Source: a bacterium
GTDB lineage: Bacteria > Patescibacteriota > Saccharimonadia > CAILAD01 > GCA-016700035
DNA: 64,000 bases
Direction of reading: 5' to 3'
NCBI GenBank assembly: GCA_016700035.1
Contig: CP064998.1
Span: 398,790 to 462,789 of the forward strand
Shown: positions 48,745 to 57,974 of the stretch, piece after piece
Position numbering within the stretch: position 1 is the first letter of the stretch
Layout of the letters: each line of letters begins with the position of its first letter
Program-made: the position numbers and the translations under genes
Notes under the pieces: model-generated
Told to the model about the DNA's origin: nothing
Databases searched by the model: none
The model's input: the letters and a program-made list of their open reading frames with translations, nothing else

Positions 48745-49962
48745 CTAGAACGCTGCCCTAGCTGCCAACCCAAGTGCATAATCAGCCCACCACTCACCGC
48801 TAGCTGGTGCACCATTGCAGGCACCATCTGATTCACCGGGGTATTTGAGCCACAAATAGGCATCCACCGGGTTACCTGATTGTGCACTTGGCGGCAAGCC
48901 AAGTCCACGACCAGATGGATTGCACCATTCTAGATTTGGAGCTGGCCCCTGACCATTACGACTAGTATCAATCACAACATGCAACCCACCAGTTTGCCGG
49001 CTAATCTGCGTGCCATAGTTTTGTGATTCAGCAGTAGTTAGGAAGTTTGAAACATTTAGTGAAATACCCTGTAATCCCTGTGTGCCAACCTGACGAATAC
49101 GGTCCGCCATAACACTTGCTGAATGCCATCTTGCATTACCGGCGTCAAGATATACATAGTGGTTTTTATCGGCTGAGAGCGTATTAATAGCCGTACGCAA
49201 AACATCAGCTCGCTCCTGACGCTGGCCTGAATTCAGGCAATCCCAGCCCGCAATAGCATCTGGTTCTAGAATAAATACCGCTTTTCTACCTTGACTAGCA
49301 TTAGCAATAGACTGCACCCAAGTTCGATAAGCCGAAGCACTACTAGCACCTCCTGCCGAATAGCTACCGCAGTCTCGAATCGGGATATTATACAAAATAA
49401 ATACCGGTAGAGCCCCTTGAGATTGCATTTGCCCCAACCACTGACGAGTGGCCGAGCCAATATCACCGTACCAGCCTCCGAGCCAAGTACCAACTGAATT
49501 ATTAGCGATTTTTCCAATCATCCCAGCATCAGCTGGCCGTGAAGCTTGCCAGGCATTTACCTGTTGACGAGCAGGGGAGTCAGGATCAACAAATAGCCTC
49601 GCACCACTAAAGGGGTTTTGACGTACCGATACTGACTGACTATGGCTTTGTGAATCTTTTTGCTCGGCTTGAGCCTGGGCTTCTTTGAGTGATTCTGCTG
49701 GACTTGCGGTGGTGGTCGGGGCAGGTATGGCGGTTGCTTGAGGCTGAGGTACCGAGGCCGTTAAACTCTGGCTGGCCGTCGGCAAGTAGCGAGCGAGCAG
49801 GGGGGATAGTGATAATGCGCCACCAACATACAATATGGTAGCTAAAAGCGTTAATACTCCGAGTCGAATTCGTCGTAATATCAAGTTATTCAATTCACCC
49901 CCCTTATGCTTTTTATAGTTTAAGCTAAAGAAGTCAAAAAGGTCAACTAAAAGTATTGACAA
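48745..49962 (-). CDS. Glycoside hydrolase family 6 (endoglucanase/cellobiohydrolase-like), secreted
   Basis: 'IPIRDCGSYSAGGAS' (GH6 catalytic Asp region, compare PDRDCAA). 'FILEPDAIAG'. 'YVYLDAGNARW'. 'WLKYPGESDG' (GH6 C-terminal signature). Confidence 0.65.
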   Translation of the reverse strand: MSILLVDLFDFFSLNYKKHKGGELNNLILRRIRLGVLTLLATILYVGGALSLSPLLARYLPTASQSLTASVPQPQATAIPAPTTTASPAESLKEAQAQAEQKDSQSHSQSVSVRQNPFSGARLFVDPDSPARQQVNAWQASRPADAGMIGKIANNSVGTWLGGWYGDIGSATRQWLGQMQSQGALPVFILYNIPIRDCGSYSAGGASSASAYRTWVQSIANASQGRKAVFILEPDAIAGWDCLNSGQRQERADVLRTAINTLSADKNHYVYLDAGNARWHSASVMADRIRQVGTQGLQGISLNVSNFLTTAESQNYGTQISRQTGGLHVVIDTSRNGQGPAPNLEWCNPSGRGLGLPPSAQSGNPVDAYLWLKYPGESDGACNGAPASGEWWADYALGLAARAAF

Positions 49963-50077
49963 TTCTGCTTATGTCTGATACAATACTACTCATAAGAAAT
50001 GAGGGTGAATCACATATTGTGACTTGCCCTCATTTTTTTGTATGCAGATCACGTAATGAATTTATTAAGGAGTCGCT

Positions 50078-50251
50078 ATGACTTACGGAAAAGGTGGCGG
50101 AACGCTCCCTACAACTGTTGGAATTGCTACTGGTGCAGCTTTGCCTGCAACTGGTGCTACTGACAGCTGGATGGTTGCTCTTGCAGCAGCTATCGCAGCC
50201 GGCTTGGTTGCTTGGGGTATGCTCTACGCAATCAAAAATCGCGTTCGCTAA
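50078..50251 (+). CDS. 57-aa micro-ORF consisting essentially of an LPXTG-type cell-wall sorting signal (LPATG + hydrophobic helix + KNRVR)
   Basis: AAGGAG RBS 8 nt before ATG 50078. 'ALPATGATDSWMVALAAAIAAGLVAWGMLYAIKNRVR*'. No N-terminal signal peptide. Confidence 0.45.
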   Translation: MTYGKGGGTLPTTVGIATGAALPATGATDSWMVALAAAIAAGLVAWGMLYAIKNRVR

Positions 50252-50321
50252 TACAAAACGCAACACTTTAAAGCCTTCTTTATTAGATATTATTTATCAC
50301 AAAAAGAAGGCTTTTGCGTAT

Positions 50322-51542
50322 CTACTTCCAGGTAGGTGGTATTGTAGTTGGTACAATACTGATCCAGGTCTGACCACGGTTTAATGACACCGGAGCACCC
50401 ACGCTATCCAAAAATTGCATACGGTCAGTAGCTGAGTTCTTCACCCAACTAATTTCTTTGACCGTACCGTCCTGAAAAATATAGCCTGCACCCTTGCCAA
50501 TGATATTTATATCCGTTTTAGGTTTGCCATTTTTCTGCGTTCCAGCTACTGTTGAAGCTTTTAATACAATAACCACCTTAGGATTCACCTGCTTATTACC
50601 AGCCCCAGCATCGACATCAGCTCTACCACCAACTTCTCGCAAATAGCTATTTGAAACCGTATCATACTTAAAGATAGCTCTATAATCGGCACTAGAAAAG
50701 CTAGCCGTAATAACTGTGGCGCTTGGAGTATCGGACGGAGTATCATCCTTGCGTGGCCAAGGAGTAAAGGCTGGTGCCTTATCCCAGCCTCGAGAAGCTA
50801 TAAGCTTTGTGTATTGTTCGCCATAAATATATAAGTTATGAGGGGCTATTTTTGTATTAATACGTCGAAATGGACCTGTCGCAAGGGCTTCGATATTTTT
50901 AAAATCAGGGTTTTGCGCTAACGCTAGTCCATCCATAGATCCACCGGCATGGGCCGTAGGCGCCCCATATTCTATTGCTGAATAAAAGAACACTGGCCGC
51001 AGACTTCGTACTGGACCAATATCTTTTGGTGTATCAGCTTGCCAGAGAGCCAGATAGCGTGTTATACCACCTTCAGCTAGAGCCTCATAGACCACTCCTG
51101 CACTAGATAGGCCAGATTGCGGTCGGGCACCAAGTTGGCCGGCCATATTTTCAATAATTGAGGCCATAACTGGTTTTTCTGATACCGCAGGCTCCACTAA
51201 TACTCCTGTTAAACTGCTTGGCTTGGTGGTGGGCTCTGGGCTAGCCTCCGTCTTAACGGCTTCTGTTTTTTGGGGTGCTGGACTAGCAATCGGTGCCTTA
51301 CGAGTTAATAAAAAATACCCACCTAGAACTACAATTAACAGTGCAACACCACCAATCAACCATGGCCAACGCTTCTTATGGCTAGCTTTATTGTATATAG
51401 ACGATGGATGATGGTCGTTAATAAGTGACTCACCACGTTTTTTCGATTCTACCGGAACAGGTCGTAATGCTGTCGGGTCTAAACTCGCCTCGATAGAATT
51501 AAGGCCTGGCAATTGATTAATATTTTTATTTTTTTTACGCAT
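50322..51542 (-). CDS. Membrane-anchored extracytoplasmic protein, possibly DUF3048 (YerB-like)
   Basis: N-terminal basic region plus TM 'WLIGGVALLIVVLGGYFLL', then a large outside domain. Family assignment tentative. Confidence 0.45.
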   Translation of the reverse strand: MRKKNKNINQLPGLNSIEASLDPTALRPVPVESKKRGESLINDHHPSSIYNKASHKKRWPWLIGGVALLIVVLGGYFLLTRKAPIASPAPQKTEAVKTEASPEPTTKPSSLTGVLVEPAVSEKPVMASIIENMAGQLGARPQSGLSSAGVVYEALAEGGITRYLALWQADTPKDIGPVRSLRPVFFYSAIEYGAPTAHAGGSMDGLALAQNPDFKNIEALATGPFRRINTKIAPHNLYIYGEQYTKLIASRGWDKAPAFTPWPRKDDTPSDTPSATVITASFSSADYRAIFKYDTVSNSYLREVGGRADVDAGAGNKQVNPKVVIVLKASTVAGTQKNGKPKTDINIIGKGAGYIFQDGTVKEISWVKNSATDRMQFLDSVGAPVSLNRGQTWISIVPTTIPPTWK

Positions 51543-51616
51543 AGTATTGATAGTTAGCTACAACTAATTAACTGTACATGATTATAGCACAAGCACTTTA
51601 TTCCACATCGGAAAGT

Positions 51617-52651
51617 CTAGTCCCAGTTCAAAGTGCCTCCTGTCTGATATTCTGTAACACGAGTTTCAAAAAAGTTTTTTTCTTTAGTTAGATCAATCGC
51701 TTCGCTCATCCAGGGAAATGGGTTATCAACATTAAATTGTGCGGGTAAACCAACTCGTTGCAAACGGCGATCAGCGATATGTTCAATATACTGCCGAAAA
51801 CCATCTGCGTTCATGCCAAAAATACCTCTTGGAAAAACTTCGGAAGCGAAAGTATACTCTAATTGCGCCGCCCGACGCACCAGCTCCACAATATGCTCTT
51901 GAAATTTCGGCGTCCACAACTCAGGCTGTTCTTCCTTTATAGTATTAATTAGTTTGATGCCAAAATTAAGGTGTTGTGTTTCATCGCGCATAATGTATTG
52001 AATCTGCTCAGCGGTACCAACCATTTTATTTTGACGCTGGAAGCCAAACATAACAGCAAATGAACTATAGAAGAAAATACCCTCCAAGATAAGTGAAAAT
52101 ACACATAAATTTTCAAGAAATTTTTGATCACTCTCAAATGTACCAGTTTTAAATGTAGGGTCAAAAATACCCTCATTAAAGCTTAAGATAAACTCTGCTT
52201 TAGAATAAATTGCATCAACTTCTCGATACATATTAAAAATCTCACCACCATCCAGACCCAAGCTTTCCACGATATACTGATAGGCATGAGTATGAATAGC
52301 CTCCTCATAACCCTGGCGCAATAAGTACATCCGACACTCCGGGCTAGTAATATGCTTGTAAAGTGCTAGCACAATATTATTGGCAGCAATTGAGTCGGCC
52401 GTCGTAAAAAACCCCAAAACTGTTTTTAAAGCCTTCACTTCATCATCGGTGAGACGACCATTGCGCAACTGCTCAATATCGCTCATCATGGTAATCTCGG
52501 TAGGAAGCCAATGATTAGCATTGCCAGCATTATAGGCATCCCAGGCAAAAGCATGTTTCATGGGGTGAAGCTGAATTACGTCAGCATCAGCTCCATTAAT
52601 AATGCGTCGTGCATTAATATCGGGGCGAATTGTCGTTTTAGTGATTGGCAT
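51617..52651 (-). CDS. nrdB: Ribonucleotide reductase class I small (beta) subunit
   Basis: Ferritin-like di-iron carboxylate motifs ('YEEAIHTHAY', 'LEGIFFYSSFA', 'RDETQHLNF'). Immediately downstream of the alpha subunit. Confidence 0.85.
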   Translation of the reverse strand: MPITKTTIRPDINARRIINGADADVIQLHPMKHAFAWDAYNAGNANHWLPTEITMMSDIEQLRNGRLTDDEVKALKTVLGFFTTADSIAANNIVLALYKHITSPECRMYLLRQGYEEAIHTHAYQYIVESLGLDGGEIFNMYREVDAIYSKAEFILSFNEGIFDPTFKTGTFESDQKFLENLCVFSLILEGIFFYSSFAVMFGFQRQNKMVGTAEQIQYIMRDETQHLNFGIKLINTIKEEQPELWTPKFQEHIVELVRRAAQLEYTFASEVFPRGIFGMNADGFRQYIEHIADRRLQRVGLPAQFNVDNPFPWMSEAIDLTKEKNFFETRVTEYQTGGTLNWD

Positions 52652-52691
52652 AAATCCTCCTAATCTAGCATTAAGTTATTCCTTGAAGAGC

Positions 52692-55535
52692 TTACTGACA
52701 AGCTTCGCAGTCTGGATCTAGAATTGAGCAAACTTTTAGTGTTTCCTGACTGGTAGCCACCATGGTTTGAGTTGATACTTGAGTGGCGACAGTAGCATCA
52801 ATTGATGTAATTATATTGCCGCCAACCGAACTGCTGGAACTAAAATCTCGCTTATGCGTATCGCCGAAAGCTGCAGTATCGACAGTTGATTTTTCAACCT
52901 GACTAGCAGCCAGTGAACGCAGATAGTAAGTGGTCTTTAGTCCCATACGCCAAGCGTAGCTATAAACGTCAGCCAGCATCTTGCCATTAGTCCCTCGCAT
53001 AAAAATATTCAAACTTTGGCTCTGATCAATCCATTTACCACGATAAGCTGCCGTACGAATTAGCCAGTCGGCTGAAATCTCAAACACTTCCTTATATTTA
53101 TCACGAATATTAACTGGTATCTCGGAGATTTGCGCCACACTGCCGTCATAAAATTTTAGTTTCTTAATCATCTCATCGTTCCATAAATCTAGGGCTTTTA
53201 GATCTTCAACAAGATAGGGATTAATAACTGTAAAATCTCCCGACATATTTGCTTTAACATATAGATTTTTAAAGATTGGCTCAATGCATGGATAGCAACC
53301 AACAATATTTGAGATTGTTGCAGTTGGCGCAATCGCCATCGTGTTTGAGTTGCGCATACCGTTTTTCTTAACCATCTCATAGACTGGCGCCCAATTGAGA
53401 CGACGCGTTCTAGCCACATCAATCTTTTGACCGCGCTCTGCCTCTAGAATATCTAGCGTATCAATCGGGAATATACCTCGATCCCACTTCGACCCCTTAA
53501 AACTCTCGTAAGCGCCTCTTTCTTTAGCGAGCTCCGAGGATCCAATAATGGCATAATATGATATCAACTCCATTGATACATCAGCGAATTCAACGGCTGC
53601 TTCCGATGCAAAGTCAATATCTAGTTGATAGAGGGCATCCTGAAAGCCCATAATGCCAAGACCAACTGGGCGATGGCGCATATTACTGGCCTTAGCTTCT
53701 TTAGTAGGGTAATAGTTTAGATCTACAACGTTATCTAGCATCCGCATCGCCAGGGTGACCGTTTCTTTAATTTTATCGTGATCTAGCACTTCACCGTTGA
53801 TATGAAGGGCCATATTAACGCTACCCAAATTACAAACGGCAGTCTCTTCACTAGAAGTGTTGAGAGTGATTTCCGTGCACAAGTTTGAGCTATGCACCAC
53901 ACCAACATGATCTTGGGGGGAACGAAGATTGCAAGGGTCCTTAAATGTAATCCATGGGTGGCCGGTTTCAAAAAGCATAGTGAGCATCTTACGCCATAGA
54001 TCCACAGCCGGAATTCGCTTGAAATTGTTAAGTTTGCCCAATTCAACTTGTTTTTCATAATTTTCATAGGCCAGCTCAAACTTTTTACCGTATAGATCAT
54101 GTAAATCTGGTGTTTCATCCGGGGAAAATAAGGTCCACATGGCACCAGCCTGAACTCGTTTCATAAATAGATCCGGAATCCAGTGGGCGGTATCCATATC
54201 ATGTGTGCGCCGACGTTCATCGCCGGTATTTTTGCGAAGCTCTAAAAACTCCTCAATATCCAAATGCCAAGTCTCCAGGTAGGCACAAGTGGCTCCACGG
54301 CGCTTACCGGAGCGATTGATAGCTACCGTCACATCATTGGCTATCTTTAAGAACGGAATTACACCTTGCGAGCTAACATTTGTTGTCTTAATTAGCGATC
54401 CCGTAGCTCGAATAGCGGTATAATCTGTACCAATTCCACCAGAATATTTGGAAAGTTGAGCATTATCCGAGAAGAGCTTAAAAATATTCTCCAAGTCATC
54501 ACTGACGGTATTAAGATAGCAAGATGAGAGTTGTGGATAGGTAGTGCCAGAATGAAAGAGGGTGGGGGTTGACGGTACATATCGATGGGTCGACATAATG
54601 TCATAAAACTTCTTAGCCCAATCGGTTCGGTCTTTTTTAGATTCCTGCATCGCCATACCCATAGCTACGCGCATCCAAAAAGCTTGTGGTGTTTCCAGAA
54701 TTATATCCTCGCTACCGGCAGAGCGTAGGAAATAACGATCATAGAGCACTTGTAACCCCATATAGTCAAACAAATCATCGCGATTAAGATCCATGTATTC
54801 AGCCAGCTCATCTAAGTTAAAATCAAGAATTTCAGCCTGCAAGCGCCCCTCATCAACACCGCGTCTAAGATTAGTAAGAAAAGTCTGGCGATAAGCTGAT
54901 GGAATCTTTTTTTCACTAGCCTCACCAGCTACTTCTTGATGGAGTTTATGCAAAAGCAGGCGAGCGGCAAATTTTGTGTAGTCAGTGTCACGCTCGATAA
55001 AGCTTCTAGATGTCATCACAATAGCTTCAAAAAGCTCACTAACAGCAATCCCGTCATATAGATTGGTCTTAACCGATTCGATAATTGATGCAACGTCAAC
55101 ACCGTCTAGATTGGCGGCAAAACGCTGAATAGTTTTTTCAAGTTTTTTGGGATCAAATTTCTCTGGTTTACCATTTGAGTTCAGTACTGAAATGCCAGTT
55201 TTTTCTAACTTTGCAACTTGCTCTTCCTGCTCAGTCTGACGCTGTTTTTTATGCTCTTCGCGATACACAATATAGCTACGAGCAGTTTGATAATATCCAG
55301 CCCGCATCAGCTCCTGCTCAATAAGGTCTTGAATACTCTCCACATCTGGCGTTGCATCGATATGCAATACGGCTAGATTATCTATAACCGCATCGGTTAG
55401 TTCATAAACACGCTCCACCTCAATCTCACCATCCACCGAAAGACTAGCCTTTAAGATAGCATCGGCTATGCGCTGTTTATCAAAATCTACTACCGTACCA
55501 TTACGTTTTTTAATTTGCTCAAAACTCATCCTCAC
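52692..55535 (-). CDS. nrdA: Ribonucleotide reductase class I large (alpha) subunit with N-terminal ATP-cone
   Basis: ATP-cone 'IKKRNGTVVDFDKQRIADAI'. 947 aa. Catalytic Cys/Asn/Glu region 'SSNLCTEITL'. C-terminal CxxC-type tail '...DPDCEACQ'. Confidence 0.9.
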   Translation of the reverse strand: MRMSFEQIKKRNGTVVDFDKQRIADAILKASLSVDGEIEVERVYELTDAVIDNLAVLHIDATPDVESIQDLIEQELMRAGYYQTARSYIVYREEHKKQRQTEQEEQVAKLEKTGISVLNSNGKPEKFDPKKLEKTIQRFAANLDGVDVASIIESVKTNLYDGIAVSELFEAIVMTSRSFIERDTDYTKFAARLLLHKLHQEVAGEASEKKIPSAYRQTFLTNLRRGVDEGRLQAEILDFNLDELAEYMDLNRDDLFDYMGLQVLYDRYFLRSAGSEDIILETPQAFWMRVAMGMAMQESKKDRTDWAKKFYDIMSTHRYVPSTPTLFHSGTTYPQLSSCYLNTVSDDLENIFKLFSDNAQLSKYSGGIGTDYTAIRATGSLIKTTNVSSQGVIPFLKIANDVTVAINRSGKRRGATCAYLETWHLDIEEFLELRKNTGDERRRTHDMDTAHWIPDLFMKRVQAGAMWTLFSPDETPDLHDLYGKKFELAYENYEKQVELGKLNNFKRIPAVDLWRKMLTMLFETGHPWITFKDPCNLRSPQDHVGVVHSSNLCTEITLNTSSEETAVCNLGSVNMALHINGEVLDHDKIKETVTLAMRMLDNVVDLNYYPTKEAKASNMRHRPVGLGIMGFQDALYQLDIDFASEAAVEFADVSMELISYYAIIGSSELAKERGAYESFKGSKWDRGIFPIDTLDILEAERGQKIDVARTRRLNWAPVYEMVKKNGMRNSNTMAIAPTATISNIVGCYPCIEPIFKNLYVKANMSGDFTVINPYLVEDLKALDLWNDEMIKKLKFYDGSVAQISEIPVNIRDKYKEVFEISADWLIRTAAYRGKWIDQSQSLNIFMRGTNGKMLADVYSYAWRMGLKTTYYLRSLAASQVEKSTVDTAAFGDTHKRDFSSSSSVGGNIITSIDATVATQVSTQTMVATSQETLKVCSILDPDCEACQ

Positions 55536-55552
55536 CCTCCTGGATTATTGTT

Positions 55553-55601
55553 TTTGTATATATAGTGTAGTTTATTAAACTAATTACACTATATATAGCG
55601 T
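55553..55601. promoter_or_regulatory. Pair of NrdR-box-like palindromes overlapping the probable nrdAB promoter
   Basis: 'acactatatatagcgt' (55586-55601) matches the acaCwAtATaTwGtgt consensus at 15/16 positions. 'tttgtatatatagtgt' (55553-55568) matches one half-site. Centres about 33 bp apart. A TTGACA-16-TATATA promoter on the minus strand overlaps them. Confidence 0.4.
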
Positions 55602-55938
55602 AGTATAATGATGTCAAACCATTTATGGTTGCTTGACTTAAATTAGTATCACTCTCACTGCACACATATTTTACTTACGAACATAATACGAAAATACTTA
55701 TATTCGTGTCAACCCCCACTACAAACGTGCATATCAATCTATTACCTATAATACGCACCAATATAGCAGGGAGCAAATATTAAAAAACACCCTTAAACGA
55801 AGGCCCTACAATCTGGTAATATATGTCTAATTGTGGTATAGTTTCTAAGTTCAAAATCTATCAATACCATATTTTGCGCGAAGTGTTGCACCGCAAATAT
55901 ACCCCAAAAGAAGCTAAAGAGTATTTCAGCCACCGCTC

Positions 55939-56013
55939 GGTCCCATCGTCTAACGGTTAGGACGCCAGATTCTCAATCTGGAAATCGGAGTTCGATTCTC
56001 CGTGGGATCACCA
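55939..56013 (+). tRNA. tRNA-Glu (anticodon CTC)
   Basis: Cloverleaf built by hand. Acceptor 'ggtccca'/'tgggatc' with discriminator A and CCA. T-arm 'cggag ttcgatt ctccg'. Anticodon stem 'ccaga'/'tctgg' with loop 'ttCTCaa'. Confidence 0.8.
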
Positions 56014-56019
56014 AAACAA

Positions 56020-56046
56020 GAGCCCCTGAAAGTGGGGTTTTTGTTT
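56020..56046 (+). terminator. Weak hairpin plus T-tract after the tRNA
   Basis: 'agcccctgaaagtggggtttttgtttt'. Confidence 0.4.
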
Positions 56047-56310
56047 TGGTGGTTTCTCTACGCGAGAAACGAATCGAACACCGGTTCGAAGAACAAGGCA
56101 GCGCACAGGAGTTTACTCCGAGCACTGCTGCAGTTCGCAAGCCTTTAGGCTTATTCCCCGTGAGGTCACCAAGTAGAAAATACAACTAATAACAGATAAG
56201 AAAGTGTTCTAAAATATATTCAAGACACTTTCTTTTTTGTATCCCACCTCTGTAACATCGAGTTCTAATCCCGTATGGTCACGAAGCTGTTTGCATCCCT
56301 TTCACCATGG

Positions 56311-56319
56311 TGTATAATA
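56311..56319 (+). promoter_or_regulatory. Extended -10 element (TGtgTATAAT) upstream of the DGR target gene
   Basis: 'tgtataat' 65 bp before ATG 56384. Confidence 0.4.
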
Positions 56320-56383
56320 TACGTAAGCAGTTTATTTCAATAGATAAAGCTACAAATATAACTAAACAAGAAAGGAGCCGACC

Positions 56384-57811
56384 ATGGACAGCCAAACCGT
56401 GACCCAGACTATTAACGTTATCGTTGGTGGCGACTCTGGTGCTGGTGGCAACCTGGCCGACACTGGTACATCATTATTCCTGCCAACCCTGATTGCCCTA
56501 ATCCTCCTGACAGCCGGCCTCTTCCTGTGGTACAAAACTACTCGTCGTTCATCTCACTTTAAATTAGCCAACATACGTAAATCGAGCTCTCGGGGCTTCA
56601 GTATCCTCGTCCTGCTTACCCTTGCTACTGTGCTTTCTACCACCAACCTCCCCATTGCCTCTGCCGCTCCCACTCTCTCCCTCGGTACCGACCAGAACAC
56701 CATTCACATAACCGTTCCTCAAGTTGGTGGTACGGCTACGGCTACTACAACTCTCACCAGTGGCACTGCTAACGCCAGCGGTTACACCCTAACCGCCAGC
56801 TTGACTGAACCAGAACCAGGCATTGGCATCAAACTCAAGGGTGGTGATGTCACGACTGACACTAGTCTCAACCCTGGAGACGCTCCACTGACTCTCAAAG
56901 CTACCGACGCTGCATCAAGCAATGATACAACCGACGTAACCCTCACCTTTGCTATAGATGGTAGTGTTACGCCCGGGCAAAAAGAACTAAAGCTCAACTA
57001 CGCTGTCGCTGACAATGAAGCAGAGGGTGAAGCAGGATCTACCCTCCAAGCCTTCACTAGCAGTGACTGTAGTGCACTACCTATCTACACTGGCACCAAT
57101 GAAGAAGCTGTCATCACCCTCACTGACACGAGAGGCGACAACCAAACCTACCAAGTAGCCAAACTAGCCGACAACAACTGCTGGATGTTAGAGAACCTCA
57201 AGCTTGGTAGTACCACAGGCACCCTCACCCTGACACCAAGTGACTCAGACGTAGCCAGCAACTTCACCTTGCCGCAACTCACCACCACCGGCACTACTGA
57301 CCCTGACAACCCCGGAGCCTACGGCCCGGTCACCGGTGATACTGGAGAGGGCGAAACCAACTACGGTTACCTCTACAACTGGCCTGCAGTGACAGCTGGT
57401 GAATCCAGAGCCTCCCACACTGAAACAGACGGTGATGCACCATACTCCATCTGCCCGAGCGGATGGCGCTTGCCAACCGTTGGCTTCAGCTATGACGAAG
57501 AGACAGAGACGGCAACCGCTTCTGGTGATTACTCAAACCTTGACATCGCCTTTGGCGGTACTGGCCAGTACGCAGACAGTGGTGCAAACATTGCCAAATG
57601 GCAACACGATGGACCGTTTAAAGGTACTTTTGCTGGCGGCTGGGACGAGGGCTTCGTCAGCCAGGGTGTCTCCGCTGGCTTGTGGTCTCGTTCAGCCTTC
57701 CCAGACTATGTCGACGACGCAGACCTCGCGGGCTTCAATGCTGGAGTAGTCTATCCAGGCGTCGTCGCTCCTCGGGGCGTCGGGCTAGCTGTTCGCTGTC
57801 TCTTACAGTAG
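56384..57811 (+). CDS. DGR target protein: secreted/anchored Thr-rich protein with C-terminal Fib_succ_major/DUF1566-like (C-type-lectin-fold) domain
   Basis: N-terminal TM 'LFLPTLIALILLTAGLFLWY'. 'NNCWMLENLKLG' (the CWMAENL signature of TIGR02145/DUF1566). Ends '...GLAVRCLLQ'. The last 61 codons form the VR. Confidence 0.8.
   Translation: MDSQTVTQTINVIVGGDSGAGGNLADTGTSLFLPTLIALILLTAGLFLWYKTTRRSSHFKLANIRKSSSRGFSILVLLTLATVLSTTNLPIASAAPTLSLGTDQNTIHITVPQVGGTATATTTLTSGTANASGYTLTASLTEPEPGIGIKLKGGDVTTDTSLNPGDAPLTLKATDAASSNDTTDVTLTFAIDGSVTPGQKELKLNYAVADNEAEGEAGSTLQAFTSSDCSALPIYTGTNEEAVITLTDTRGDNQTYQVAKLADNNCWMLENLKLGSTTGTLTLTPSDSDVASNFTLPQLTTTGTTDPDNPGAYGPVTGDTGEGETNYGYLYNWPAVTAGESRASHTETDGDAPYSICPSGWRLPTVGFSYDEETETATASGDYSNLDIAFGGTGQYADSGANIAKWQHDGPFKGTFAGGWDEGFVSQGVSAGLWSRSAFPDYVDDADLAGFNAGVVYPGVVAPRGVGLAVRCLLQ
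57628..57810 (+). repeat. DGR variable repeat (VR) at the 3' end of the target gene
   Basis: Aligns base for base with 59914-60096. About 24 mismatches, all at TR adenines (TR AAC codons against VR GTC/TCC/GGC/GAC/CTC/TAT etc.). Confidence 0.85.
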
Positions 57812-57861
57812 AATCAGATTCATCTGAGGCTACTGTCTGGGTAGCCCACAAAGCGAGGCAT

Positions 57862-57893
57862 GGCGGTTAGGGGTGACCACCCCTAACCCCGCC
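57862..57893 (+). other. GC-rich hairpin about 50 bp downstream of the VR; candidate DGR homing cis-structure or terminator
   Basis: 'ggcggttagggg tgaccac cccctaaccccgcc' forms a near-perfect 12-bp stem. Confidence 0.45.
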
Positions 57894-57939
57894 GAGTCGA
57901 CTGGGTGCCCCAGCAAACGAAAATAACAAAATCTATGTA

Positions 57940-57967
57940 TTGACATGCTAACTAAAGTGTATACAAT
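57940..57967 (+). promoter_or_regulatory. Sigma70-like promoter TTGACA-16-TACAAT driving the toxin-antitoxin pair; probably a leaderless transcript
   Basis: 'ttgacatgctaactaaagtgtatacaat', with the ATG at 57975 about 7-8 nt after the -10. Confidence 0.4.
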
Positions 57968-57974
57968 GGTTAGT

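Noticed and set aside
55973-56185. 70-aa minus-strand ORF.
   Set aside because: It overlaps the tRNA-Glu gene and the structured spacer. No RBS. Spurious.
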